This document shows, piece by piece, positions 18,679-29,765 of a stretch of 64,000 nucleotides of DNA. Position 1 is the first letter of the stretch; the number at the start of each line of letters is the position of its first letter. Location of the stretch: the IMG/VR virus record IMGVR_UViG_3300030329_003041, positions 1,795 through 65,794 of that record; one strand, 5' to 3'. A program made the position numbers and the translations under genes. The DNA comes from a virus. Lineage: Duplodnaviria > Caudoviricetes. The notes below the pieces were generated by a model, which saw only the letters and a list, made by a program, of their open reading frames with translations, was not told the origin of the DNA and made no database searches.

Positions 18679-21600
18679 ATGCCAGAGTTAAATAATACTT
18701 TTGTAAAAGGTCGAATGAATAAAGACCTTGATGATAGATTAGTACCACAGGGTGAATATCGAGACGCATTAAATATAGAAGTGTCAACTTCTGAGAATTC
18801 AGATGTTGGTACAGTACAAAATTTAAAAGGTAATAAAAACATATCTAATGATATATTATCCTCTTTTAGTCATGAAAATATATTTAATCTTGTAGGTAAT
18901 GTTGAAATAAATACTCAAGATTCTTACACTTCATTTACAACAGGACCTAATACTGATGATGCTTTAGTTAATTTTGCTGGAAATAACGAATTAAAATTTA
19001 GTTATCAAAATTCAAGTAATACCACATATAGGGTAGTTAAAAATGAGTTATTAGAAGTAGACAAAGAGTATACTATTTATTTTGATTTTGAATTAAATTT
19101 ACGCTCTTACGCACCTGGTACTTATGATTATACAATTGGTTTAATAGGTTTAGATTCTATTTTTACAGATGAAATTATTGTAGATAAAAATACTATAATT
19201 AATGATGGTGTTGCCTCTGGTTTTATAAGTAAAACTTTTTATTGTGATAATGTAAACTTAGGAATATTTGCATCATCAAGTTTTAGTGGGTTTATAAAAA
19301 ATATAACTCTAACAGAGTCATCTACTTTAGTTAGTGATACTAATAATGCTATTACAGTTGGTTCAAAAGTAGATACAACTAGTGATACAATATATAATTT
19401 TGTTCATAAAGCTTCTGATTTTAAAATTAATACTTTTATAACATCAACTGGCGAAGTTAAATCTAGAATGCTTGGTATACAGAGTGATGCTATAATACAA
19501 CATAAACCAAATAATTTTGAAGAAAGTTCTGTAAATAAAGTTGTTTTAACTGATGTTTACAAGGTTAGAATGGGACCTAAATTAGGGTTAAATGGAAAAG
19601 TTCCAATGCTTTCGTTAGGTGGAGTAATTGAAAATAATTACATTACTGGTTTACCTTTTATAACAGACTCTAATGGTAATAAAGTTGTTCAAGGTATAAG
19701 ACCAGGTATGAAAGTGTCACTTTTAAACGAACAAGGTCAAGACGCTTGGAGAGGTTTAGATATTTCAGTTATAGAAACTAGATATGATAGTAGTAGTAAA
19801 AGTGGTTCAGCTTGGGTAACTCCAGTACCTAGTCAATTAATTTATAATCAAGACGCTATAGATAAAAATTTTATATTAGAATTTAATTCTGAAAGAGTTT
19901 TAAAATTTTCACCTGGAACTAATGAAGAAGAATCTAATACTGATAATGGTAATTCTCCAACTCCAGTTAACTCTTTAATCACAGCTATAAACATTATAGA
20001 TAATTTTTTATACTACACAGATAATAGTACAGAACCTAAAAAGATAAATATTAAAAGAGCTATAGAATCTACAGAAAGTATATTTAAACACACTGAATAT
20101 ACTGAAGTAAATACTTCACTGAGCGAAAGTGAGCCAACAAAGTACTTTTTAGAAGAAAAATATATATCAGTAATTAAACAAAAACCAACTTACCCACCTA
20201 AGTTAAGAATGTCTAATAGTAATAGAAAAGGTGGGAGTTTAGTCTTTGATGCTAATGTAGAAACCGGGAGAATTTTCTATGTAGATTCTACTACTGCTAT
20301 AATTGGTGAGTATAATAATAACACTTCAAGTCAATTTCATTTTTTTAAAATAATAGATGGTGCTGTATCTGATGATGTAGAACAATTAGGTACTATATAT
20401 AGAATAGTATCCAATATAAAGAAAGTTAATTGGAGAGAAGGAGATACTTTATTATTAACAGGTGTAGAGAGTCAAAAAACTTTAGATGTTATAATAACTA
20501 AAGCATATTCTGGTGATTATGATAATTTTGATATTAAAATAATTGGTTATTCAAATCAATATAGTGATATGGATCCTGTAATTAGTGAGAATTTTATAGC
20601 AGAATTACGATCTAGTAAAACTATATTTGAAGATAATTTTGTTTCTTTTGCTTTAAGATATAAATATAATGATAATGAATATTCTGCTATTGGACCTTAT
20701 TCAGAACCTGCTTTTATACCTGGTAGATATTTATATAAATCTTCAGTAGGTTTAAATGAATCTATGGTTAATAATTTAAAATCTTTAGATCTTTATGATA
20801 TTATAGGAACTGATATTAATAAAGATGTTAAATCAATAGATATAATATTAAAAGATCATTTATCAACGAATGCTTATTTGATAAAAAATATAGAGAAAAA
20901 TTCTCAGGAATGGAATTTAAATAGTTTTGAAATTTTATCTGAATTAAGAGGTACTACAATACCTAGTTTGCAATTATCGAGAGTTTACGATGCTGTACCA
21001 ATCAAGGCTAAAGCTCAAGAATTTATAGCTTCAAGATTAATGTATGGTAACTATAGTGAATCATATGATATGATTGATGATAATATGACTAAAATAGATT
21101 TTTCCTGTAAAACTAGTTTTGAAACTATAAATGTTCTTTATGATGAGTTTTTAACAGCCTCTGTTAATAGTGGGGATGATAATGATTTAATAGCTATTAA
21201 CGAACCATTTTTTAATCCAGAAGATTCACACTCCGGAAATAGTGGGTATATACATAATTTCTATAAATTACATCTTGGGTTTGATTGGAGTAATGATCAT
21301 TCTATTGATAGTTACGGTACTGAGGAGCTTAATGGTCAATCCAACATTTTACATTGCCCTCAAGATATAGATCAAATGTTTAGGAGTAAAGACGAACCTG
21401 GTACAGGACCTGAATTTAATAGTTTTTTAATACCTATTTTTCCAGTAAATAGTCATCAAGATGGTAATAATTCTACAACTTTAGTTATGCCTAATATTGT
21501 TGATCAAACAGGTTATGATTGGAATATGGGAGCGACTGGTAACTATCAAGTTTTTAACACAACACATTCAGATCATTATAATTCTACAGCTTACCCTAAT

Positions 21601-24492
21601 TATGAAGATGCAAATTTACCTAGTAATGTAAAACCATTAATATATAAAGCCCCTATCACTGGTACTTATAAAGTTAAAGCTTCAACAGAGGCTATTGTTA
21701 GATATTATTATGGCAGCTATGCTCCCAGTTTATTTAATCAAACTCATCCGAGAGTATATAAAAGTATGCGTTTTAGAATAGAGTTACATAAAGTTAATAT
21801 AAATGGTATATCTACAGGTATTATAAATAATTCAATAGATTTAATAGGTAATGAAGATGGTTTAGCTGTATCCTCTCTTCGCTCTTCGCAACCTTCTGGT
21901 TGGAAGGGATGGATTGGTAGTAGTTTTGGTCCTGATACTTTAGAACAAATACGTAGTGGTACTATGCAATATGGATATGCTAATGTTGTAGGTGGTCTTG
22001 CAAACGTAAATACAACCGCTCCAACTACTCAAGAAGTAGAATTACATAGAGAAATTACTTTAACTGCTGGTGAATATATAGCTATATTTTTTAGTTATCA
22101 AAAAAGTTATGATGACAATCAAAATACAAATACTACTACTGTAGAACATTCGTATTATAATTATATTGACAGTTCTACTACTACATTTGAAAAAAATATT
22201 AATGAAAAAAATTCTGTTAAATTTTTATTAGATGCTAGTAAAACTAAATTAGAAATTAATGCCCCTCAAGTAGTTCAGGGTATTAATGTTGTATCACCAT
22301 CTAAATCTGTTAGAAGTAATAGATTTTATGAAACTGGTGTTGTTTATAGTGATATGTATGGAAGAGATACTACGGTTATGATTAGTAGAGACTCCAAAGT
22401 AGAAATACCTATAACTTATAGTGATAAAAAAAATGCCATAAGTTGTGAAATAAAATCTAAAGCTCCTTATTGGGCAACTCACTATAAATACTATATTAAA
22501 GAATCTTCAAATAAATTTTATAATATAGTGTTAGATGCTGCTTATAGTAATGAAGGTAATGAAACTAATTCTATTTACTACTGGTTGAGTTTCAATAGTT
22601 CTGATATAAGCAAAGTAAAAGTTGATGATAATTTAATTCTTAAAAAGCAACATGGTACTAATAAAGCTGTTAATTCAATAGTAAATAAAATAAAAGTTTT
22701 AGATATTTCTAACGAAGTACCGACAAATATTCAAGCTAACACAACTGCTGATCAAGTCGAAGGTAAGTTTTTTGTGAAAGTTAAAACTTCAGAAATATCT
22801 AACATAACTGATATAGCAACAACTTCTGATGCATTTAGCGCTGCTTTACTTGATTATGACACGACAGTAAATTCAGATAATGGAGCTATTTTTGAAGTTG
22901 AACCTGAATCTACAGTTCGCGAAGGTTTTTATTGGGAATCTTCTAAAGCTTATCCTATAGTTCTTAATAAAGAAAATGCTGGCCAATATATTGAAATTGG
23001 AGATAATATACAATTATTATATATATATGATAGTGATACAGACTCTATTAATAAAAGAACAGTTGATAGTTGGAATCAATTCAATAGTAATGCTAAAGTT
23101 ATTGAAGTAGTTGGCGCTAAAAGTTTCCCTAACAAACCTGAACAATATTATGAAATAGATTCTACTTGTAATATTACTACTAATGTGGATTTACAATCAT
23201 ATAATCATCCTGGTGCAACATCAATTAGTGTGCCTCATGTTGGAACTAATAAACACTTAATTGCTAAATTTACAAAAAAAGATGGTTCTTATGTTACTGG
23301 TAGAGTAGTCAAAATTGATATTAATTCAATTAGAATAGTTCCTTATACACATCCTAATGATAAATCTTTTGTGAAAGTATTAAATAAAGTTGTGTTACCT
23401 TGGTTTAATTGCTATCAGTGGTTTAATGGTGTTGAGACTGATATTATAAGAGATGATTTTGGTGGATCAACAATATATGCTTACACTCCAGAATCTGGTA
23501 AACAAAGTGGTTTTAACGCTAGTGATTATTATCCTGATTATAGTAGAGTAAATAATACTTCTGGTATAATATGGTCGCAAATATATAATGAAGCTTCAAA
23601 TATAGACGCTAGTAATCAATTTATTTTAGCAGATAAAACAACTAAACGATTAAATAGATCGCATGGTCAAATAAACGCTCTCATAGCTAGAAATAACGAT
23701 ATAATAGCTCTCTGCGAAGATAAAGTATTAAAAATACTTAGTTCTGGAAAAGATGCTTTATTTAACGCTGATGGAAATATTCAATTAACTGCATCTTCAA
23801 AAGTGCTTGGGCAATCAATACCTTTTGTTGGAGATTTTGGCTGTCAACATCCAGAATCAATAGCTTTAGATGAATATAGAATATATTTTGTGGATAAAGC
23901 TAGAGGGGCAGTTTTAAGATTGTCTAGAGATGGTATAACTGAAATATCTAATAATGGTATGGATAATTGGTTTGATGAACAATTAGAGCGTGCGCAATCA
24001 ATTGTAGGTAGTTTTGATGATAATAAATCTGAATATAATATAACAATACACGAAGTAACCTCTCCTAGAGTTAGTAAAAATGTATATACATTGAGTTTTG
24101 ATGAAACAACAAAAGGTTGGACTAGTTTCAAGTCATTTATAAAAGAAAGTGGTTTAAGTTTAAATAATAAATATTATACATTTAAGAAAGGTAGATTATA
24201 TAGACATCATAGTGATGATACTTTAAGAAATTATTTTTATGATACTCAATATGAATCTAGTGTAACTACAGTAATCAATATGCAACCTAATATAGTGAAA
24301 TCTTTTCATACAATAAATTACGAAGGTTCTCAAGCTGAGATTGTGAAAGACTTAGAAGATGAAAATTATACTAATATAAAAGCTATTAGTGGTTGGTCTG
24401 TAGAAAATATAAAAACAGATCAACAAGAAGGAGAAGTAGACGAGTTTGTAGAAAAAGAAGGTAAATGGTTTAATAATATTAAGGGTAAATAG
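18679..24492 (+). CDS. tail muzzle/stabilization protein (crAss-like, P22 gp10 analog)
   Basis: 1937 aa; MNKDLDDRLVPQGEYRDALN N-terminus; YFVDKARGAVLRLSRDG and EKEGKWF C-terminus. Confidence 0.8.
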   Translation: MPELNNTFVKGRMNKDLDDRLVPQGEYRDALNIEVSTSENSDVGTVQNLKGNKNISNDILSSFSHENIFNLVGNVEINTQDSYTSFTTGPNTDDALVNFAGNNELKFSYQNSSNTTYRVVKNELLEVDKEYTIYFDFELNLRSYAPGTYDYTIGLIGLDSIFTDEIIVDKNTIINDGVASGFISKTFYCDNVNLGIFASSSFSGFIKNITLTESSTLVSDTNNAITVGSKVDTTSDTIYNFVHKASDFKINTFITSTGEVKSRMLGIQSDAIIQHKPNNFEESSVNKVVLTDVYKVRMGPKLGLNGKVPMLSLGGVIENNYITGLPFITDSNGNKVVQGIRPGMKVSLLNEQGQDAWRGLDISVIETRYDSSSKSGSAWVTPVPSQLIYNQDAIDKNFILEFNSERVLKFSPGTNEEESNTDNGNSPTPVNSLITAINIIDNFLYYTDNSTEPKKINIKRAIESTESIFKHTEYTEVNTSLSESEPTKYFLEEKYISVIKQKPTYPPKLRMSNSNRKGGSLVFDANVETGRIFYVDSTTAIIGEYNNNTSSQFHFFKIIDGAVSDDVEQLGTIYRIVSNIKKVNWREGDTLLLTGVESQKTLDVIITKAYSGDYDNFDIKIIGYSNQYSDMDPVISENFIAELRSSKTIFEDNFVSFALRYKYNDNEYSAIGPYSEPAFIPGRYLYKSSVGLNESMVNNLKSLDLYDIIGTDINKDVKSIDIILKDHLSTNAYLIKNIEKNSQEWNLNSFEILSELRGTTIPSLQLSRVYDAVPIKAKAQEFIASRLMYGNYSESYDMIDDNMTKIDFSCKTSFETINVLYDEFLTASVNSGDDNDLIAINEPFFNPEDSHSGNSGYIHNFYKLHLGFDWSNDHSIDSYGTEELNGQSNILHCPQDIDQMFRSKDEPGTGPEFNSFLIPIFPVNSHQDGNNSTTLVMPNIVDQTGYDWNMGATGNYQVFNTTHSDHYNSTAYPNYEDANLPSNVKPLIYKAPITGTYKVKASTEAIVRYYYGSYAPSLFNQTHPRVYKSMRFRIELHKVNINGISTGIINNSIDLIGNEDGLAVSSLRSSQPSGWKGWIGSSFGPDTLEQIRSGTMQYGYANVVGGLANVNTTAPTTQEVELHREITLTAGEYIAIFFSYQKSYDDNQNTNTTTVEHSYYNYIDSSTTTFEKNINEKNSVKFLLDASKTKLEINAPQVVQGINVVSPSKSVRSNRFYETGVVYSDMYGRDTTVMISRDSKVEIPITYSDKKNAISCEIKSKAPYWATHYKYYIKESSNKFYNIVLDAAYSNEGNETNSIYYWLSFNSSDISKVKVDDNLILKKQHGTNKAVNSIVNKIKVLDISNEVPTNIQANTTADQVEGKFFVKVKTSEISNITDIATTSDAFSAALLDYDTTVNSDNGAIFEVEPESTVREGFYWESSKAYPIVLNKENAGQYIEIGDNIQLLYIYDSDTDSINKRTVDSWNQFNSNAKVIEVVGAKSFPNKPEQYYEIDSTCNITTNVDLQSYNHPGATSISVPHVGTNKHLIAKFTKKDGSYVTGRVVKIDINSIRIVPYTHPNDKSFVKVLNKVVLPWFNCYQWFNGVETDIIRDDFGGSTIYAYTPESGKQSGFNASDYYPDYSRVNNTSGIIWSQIYNEASNIDASNQFILADKTTKRLNRSHGQINALIARNNDIIALCEDKVLKILSSGKDALFNADGNIQLTASSKVLGQSIPFVGDFGCQHPESIALDEYRIYFVDKARGAVLRLSRDGITEISNNGMDNWFDEQLERAQSIVGSFDDNKSEYNITIHEVTSPRVSKNVYTLSFDETTKGWTSFKSFIKESGLSLNNKYYTFKKGRLYRHHSDDTLRNYFYDTQYESSVTTVINMQPNIVKSFHTINYEGSQAEIVKDLEDENYTNIKAISGWSVENIKTDQQEGEVDEFVEKEGKWFNNIKGK

Positions 24493-24497
24493 TAGTA

Positions 24498-27400
24498 ATG
24501 AGTTTAGATACTTCAAAATTAAATTTACAAGGTGTTGGTACCTTAAAGTCTAATGCTTCTATGGTTAGTGGTGTTGATCCTGGTAGGACTTTTAATCTCA
24601 CTATTAAAGCTGATGATACTAATCATAATTGGTCTAGTACAACAACAACTCTTTCTAATATTACTAGTATTAGTGGAACATCGACATTTACTATAAAATC
24701 AAATCCTGGTTTTCAAGTTCATTCTTCTATGTTTACTTATAGTGACATTTTTGGTGATGGAACTTTAAATACATATTATTATGATTTAACTTTTTCTAAT
24801 ACATTAAGTAATGTAGATCCTTTAAATGAAGTTGAAGTTACTGTTCATTGGCGTCAGCAGAGTATTTCAAGCGATATTGATATTATAATTTTAAACATTG
24901 CTACAGGAGAAGAACTTGATGGAAATGTTTATCATAAAAATGAAATTATTATTGATAATCCTAATTCAAATTATTACCAACTTACTATAACTCCATACGA
25001 AAATGTTCAAGTTAATGAAAATATTTGTGATGCTTTAATTATCCCAGGTGAAGAAAAGCAATTATTTGAAATATCCTTAGTTATTAAAGAAGAATTTCGA
25101 CATCTTGTTGCTTTTAATAATCTTGGTATTATCTTTAATACTTTCACTGGAGCAGAAATATCAAATTATTCTATAGAATATACTAACTCCGAATTTGCTT
25201 CTGAAAATCCTTTTACAGTTAGAGAATTTATTGTTTCATTTACACCTGAACTAGATTATTTTAATTCATTTAATTATAGCGATATAATTATATTAAATCC
25301 TATTACTGTACAACCTTCTATATATGTAAATGAATCAGTTGTAGTTTTTGAAGCTACTGGAGATACCAATTCACAAAGTTATACTATTAATTTAACACGA
25401 AATTATACTAAATTAAGAAATTTTGCAGCCTATAAAGCTCACCATCTTCCTCCTTGGCCTGCTACCGATGAGCAAGCCAATTGGATACAGTTTAATAATA
25501 GTTCTTACGATCCAATAGCAGACACTTTGTCTTTTACTGTTTCAAATCAACCACCTACAGGTGCGGAATTGAGAAGAGCTTACATATATCTTTGGAATAC
25601 TATAAATAGTAGTGATTTTAGTAAAGCTTTAAACAGTATTGCCGTTGTCCAAGCAAGTGGTGATACTTTAGAAGTAAGTTTAATTAACGCTACTAGTGAT
25701 TATCAAGGTATTTTAGGTGATGATAATTTATCTGTTACTAAGATACATCAAGATGGAGGTGTGCTAAATTATCAAGCAGTTATAAATTCCGAAGATAATT
25801 GGGTATATGTGGATTCCCCGCCACTTAATGATTTTATTACATTTTCTGTAGATAGTTCAACTATACTAGATGGGCAATCTACTTCTGTAAATTGGTTAGA
25901 AGATAGTATGACTGTAAGTCAAGATGCTACTTTTTCAAATATATTAAATTTTGCATTCAATATACCATCTAATCCAGATTCTGCTACAAGAGCAGTAAAT
26001 GTACTTGTACAAAGACCAAATTCAATATTAACTGTGGAATTTACATTAAGTCAAAAGAGAGCATGGAACTATAATTTAGATGACTTTACTTTATACACTG
26101 GTGATCAATCAAATTATGTTGAGGAAGATAATTATTTTGATTTACCATTAAATAATGAAATTTACGAAGTTGCTCATGAAAATGTATCCGGTATATTTTT
26201 TGGTATACAATTAAGTGATTTTGATATTGGACTTTTATCACCAACTGATTTCACTATTACTATAGATGATAGTTCAGATATAACCGATTTTGCATTTTTA
26301 GATGTAACAGATACTTATGATACTACTCAAGTTCCTTATGATTTTCTCTGGGCACTTTATGTACCAAATAATACCACCTTCAATAATAGAGTTGGTATGA
26401 TTAATATAAAACATCCATATTACGGAAATAGTGATCCTGCTAAAACTATTACAATATCTCAAGAAGCTTCACCAGCGGCTTTCTTTGTGAATCCTGGTGG
26501 ATTTTATATAACGCCTGAATTTTTATACCAAGATGTAGATTTGGGAAATATTGAATCAAGCGTGTTTCAATATCATGAAATAGAAAATGGTGGAACTATT
26601 ACGACTTCGATATTTTCCTCTGAAGGAAATACTCCAGTGCTTGCTTTAGTTGGTTGTAAAGAATTTTCATATCCCGAAGGAAATATGCAACCAGTATGGA
26701 ATGCAACTAATGAGCAAAATCTAGATTACAGTTGGATAAGTGGAATGGCTTGGGAAAGTGGTTATAGTAGCTTTGGTATAACAGAAGCACCTACAATTAC
26801 AATGTCACCTACTGATACTGCTAGTAATGGTACAATACAGTTTACTTTTAATGATTCTGATCAAGAAGGTGTATATCAACATCATACTTATAGACAATGG
26901 TTTTTTTATTTATATCCTTCTGGTACTGAATTTACTGGTAATGATTCACAGTCAAATGGATTAATAACCCCAGTGACAAATAACGATGTGCTACCTAGTG
27001 CACTTATAGTAACCCAAAGAGTTAATTTTGTAGTTGAAGATTCACTTAAATTTAATGGTATAATGACTACTACAACACCATTTAATTTTGGTCAAAGTCT
27101 TACGCATTTGCCAATACTTTCTGCTAGTGGAGGAATATCACCATTAATTCTCGTAGATTCAGGTTTAACTAATCCAACTGATTATTTGCAACCAAGCGTT
27201 GGCATACCTCAGATTATACTTAATGAAAGTGGAGCCGCAGGTATAGGTGATTCATTTCAGTTTACTGCCAATCCTGCTGTAACTTTAGATGATCTTTCTT
27301 ATAACGCTGTAGATTGTATAGTAGGTTTTAATAAATCTCACGCTGATTTAGAAATTTATTTTTCAGATATTAGTCCGGTATATCAAGTTTTTGGTGGTAA

Positions 27401-29360
27401 TAACAATGCTGATCTTGGCAACATTTCAGCAGCTGTTCATAATTCGAATCCTCAAGGTGTTACTCTTCCTGAGGCTACTATTCATAGTGATGGTGCTGCT
27501 TTGGGTTATCCAATAGGTTTTGAAAATTATATAAAATTTCACATACCTTCAGTACCAAATACTTACATAATTGACAGTGTAACTCACTCTGTTTCGTGGA
27601 TAACTTTTAAACTTAGATTCCACGTAGGAATATCTAGCTGGTATTTGAGAGTACAACGAAGACCTCATAGTGCTGATTATATTACTCAAGGTCCAGCTGT
27701 ATTTTTATTAGCTGGTCAATCAAATATGGTTGGTAGGGATGATGATGATGGAGTTTCTTATCCTATTCAATTCTCAGGAATTAAACAATATAAATATACA
27801 ACTTATAATGCTGATAATACAGATACAACACTGCACGATGCTTCATCTCCTTTAGATCACGTAGATGAGAATGCTGGTGACATGGGATTAGCTAAGAATT
27901 TTGTAATTAAACTTAGAGAAAATAATCTTTACGATAATAGACAAATAATACTTATACCAACAGCTGAAGGTGGAACTGGTTTTACTGATGATAAATGGGG
28001 AGTTGGACAAGTTAGATATACCACAGCTGTAAATATGGTTAATGTATTAATGGCTTCCTTAGCTGATGATGCTACATTTGAAGGTATTTTATGGCATCAA
28101 GGTGAAAAAGATTATCAAAATAATGATTTTATAAAAGATTTCTACTATATGGCGCAGAAAATGCGACATGATATTAATGCTGCAGATAGTACTACACCTT
28201 TTGTTATTGGTGATTTAATAGAAGGAGGCGATAATACTAATACCTGGACTAGTTTTGTACATCAGTCGTTTGTTGATTTATTTTATAGAGTAAAAAAATG
28301 CACTACAACTTCATTATCTGCAATAGGTGGTGGAGATAATGTTCATTTTAGTACGGCATCTTTAAATTCTTTAGGAGAAAAATATTATAATGAATTTTTA
28401 AACTTAAAATCGTACTTAAGTCCAGATGCATATCCTAATATAAGCAGCTGGGGTAACTCTTCATTGCAATGGATATTTGGTTTAGATAATCAGTTAATGA
28501 TACCTGTAGATTCAGATGGAGAGTGGGATGTTGATAATGCTATGACTTTCAGTTGTTTCAGTCCAAGCGCAAGTCTACAGGCTAATCCGTTTCTTTCAGC
28601 TGGAAATCCAGTTACACAAAGTGACCCTGGTATCACTTATGATACTTTTACATATAATAATACCGCCACGCATGTTAAACAAAATATTTCACACGTAAAT
28701 ATTTTAAATGATTTGTTTTTTCATGGATTAAATACAGGGATTCCAGATCAGCAAGAACTTACGTTTGCTATAGTATTTAAAGCTCAAGGTTATAATGCAA
28801 GTGCATCTGATAGACATAGTATAATTTTTGGTAATTTTACGGTAGAATACCAAACTCAAATGAGTGCAGATCTACCCGACCCCCACCAATTTGGTGTAGC
28901 GTACACCCCACCTAATCTTTACAGTTCTTATGGTTTTGGATTGTTTACAAACGCCACAGGTCAAGTGAGAATAATGTGTAGAAGTGGAATAGCTGGTGAA
29001 AGCGTGTCAACTACTCTTATAGATCAACCAGTTGCAGATAAATGGTACTTTGTAGTTTTAGAAGCTACACCTGAAGGAGTTACCGCTCGATACCAGTATA
29101 CGATGAATGCCATGTTTGATCCCAAACACGCTAATCCAGCTGGTGGAAGAGGTGTTGCTATGTTAGAGGAGGATACACACCATTCAAATATATATTTAGG
29201 TAATCAATTATATGCTAGTGCAACTTTTGAGGGAGGTCCACCTACTCAAATAGCTTATTTCGCAGCAGCCTTAAATGGTGCAAGTGGGGGTATCAATTAC
29301 GGTAAATGGTGCCAAGATGTTGCGCATATAATGGGTGCAAGAGGTATAACAATTGATTAA
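24498..29360 (+). CDS. tail/surface protein with Ig-like (BACON-like) repeats, SGNH carbohydrate esterase (SASA) and C-terminal lectin-like domain
   Basis: N.T...R repeats; AGQSNM, WHQGEKD and DNVHF catalytic motifs (~27700-28400); beta-rich C-terminus. Confidence 0.75.
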   Translation: MSLDTSKLNLQGVGTLKSNASMVSGVDPGRTFNLTIKADDTNHNWSSTTTTLSNITSISGTSTFTIKSNPGFQVHSSMFTYSDIFGDGTLNTYYYDLTFSNTLSNVDPLNEVEVTVHWRQQSISSDIDIIILNIATGEELDGNVYHKNEIIIDNPNSNYYQLTITPYENVQVNENICDALIIPGEEKQLFEISLVIKEEFRHLVAFNNLGIIFNTFTGAEISNYSIEYTNSEFASENPFTVREFIVSFTPELDYFNSFNYSDIIILNPITVQPSIYVNESVVVFEATGDTNSQSYTINLTRNYTKLRNFAAYKAHHLPPWPATDEQANWIQFNNSSYDPIADTLSFTVSNQPPTGAELRRAYIYLWNTINSSDFSKALNSIAVVQASGDTLEVSLINATSDYQGILGDDNLSVTKIHQDGGVLNYQAVINSEDNWVYVDSPPLNDFITFSVDSSTILDGQSTSVNWLEDSMTVSQDATFSNILNFAFNIPSNPDSATRAVNVLVQRPNSILTVEFTLSQKRAWNYNLDDFTLYTGDQSNYVEEDNYFDLPLNNEIYEVAHENVSGIFFGIQLSDFDIGLLSPTDFTITIDDSSDITDFAFLDVTDTYDTTQVPYDFLWALYVPNNTTFNNRVGMINIKHPYYGNSDPAKTITISQEASPAAFFVNPGGFYITPEFLYQDVDLGNIESSVFQYHEIENGGTITTSIFSSEGNTPVLALVGCKEFSYPEGNMQPVWNATNEQNLDYSWISGMAWESGYSSFGITEAPTITMSPTDTASNGTIQFTFNDSDQEGVYQHHTYRQWFFYLYPSGTEFTGNDSQSNGLITPVTNNDVLPSALIVTQRVNFVVEDSLKFNGIMTTTTPFNFGQSLTHLPILSASGGISPLILVDSGLTNPTDYLQPSVGIPQIILNESGAAGIGDSFQFTANPAVTLDDLSYNAVDCIVGFNKSHADLEIYFSDISPVYQVFGGNNNADLGNISAAVHNSNPQGVTLPEATIHSDGAALGYPIGFENYIKFHIPSVPNTYIIDSVTHSVSWITFKLRFHVGISSWYLRVQRRPHSADYITQGPAVFLLAGQSNMVGRDDDDGVSYPIQFSGIKQYKYTTYNADNTDTTLHDASSPLDHVDENAGDMGLAKNFVIKLRENNLYDNRQIILIPTAEGGTGFTDDKWGVGQVRYTTAVNMVNVLMASLADDATFEGILWHQGEKDYQNNDFIKDFYYMAQKMRHDINAADSTTPFVIGDLIEGGDNTNTWTSFVHQSFVDLFYRVKKCTTTSLSAIGGGDNVHFSTASLNSLGEKYYNEFLNLKSYLSPDAYPNISSWGNSSLQWIFGLDNQLMIPVDSDGEWDVDNAMTFSCFSPSASLQANPFLSAGNPVTQSDPGITYDTFTYNNTATHVKQNISHVNILNDLFFHGLNTGIPDQQELTFAIVFKAQGYNASASDRHSIIFGNFTVEYQTQMSADLPDPHQFGVAYTPPNLYSSYGFGLFTNATGQVRIMCRSGIAGESVSTTLIDQPVADKWYFVVLEATPEGVTARYQYTMNAMFDPKHANPAGGRGVAMLEEDTHHSNIYLGNQLYASATFEGGPPTQIAYFAAALNGASGGINYGKWCQDVAHIMGARGITID

Positions 29361-29379
29361 TAAATTTTAACTGTATAAT

Positions 29380-29733
29380 ATGAATATAACTAGATTAATA
29401 TTAGACGAAAGTATAGATTCTACTATTAGTAATAATGATATTATATATTACTGTGCAGTAGAAGCACTTGGCGGTTTTAATACCCAATTAGATGAAACTA
29501 AAATTAAAAAGCTAGGTAAAGTGTTAAGTGTTCACTCTAATGTTTTAGTTGTTGAAGTAACTGAAAACAATCCTATACCCTCACAAAATGATTTTATTTT
29601 TTGTGTAAAAGATGACGAAGTAAATCTTAGTTCACTAACTGGTTATTTTGCTGAGGTTAAAATGAAAAACACATCTACTGAAAAAGCTGAACTTTTTAGA
29701 TTATCTTTAGGCTTCGCTAACAGTAGTCAATAA
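29380..29733 (+). CDS. putative tail protein
   Basis: 117 aa; SSLTGYFAEVKMKN..EKAELF. Confidence 0.7.
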   Translation: MNITRLILDESIDSTISNNDIIYYCAVEALGGFNTQLDETKIKKLGKVLSVHSNVLVVEVTENNPIPSQNDFIFCVKDDEVNLSSLTGYFAEVKMKNTSTEKAELFRLSLGFANSSQ

Positions 29734-29736
29734 ACT

Positions 29737-29747
29737 GTGATTATAAA
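29737..29747 (+). promoter_or_regulatory. putative late promoter element
   Basis: GTGATTATAAA upstream of 29766. Confidence 0.35.
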
Positions 29748-29765
29748 AATGATAAATTAAACACT

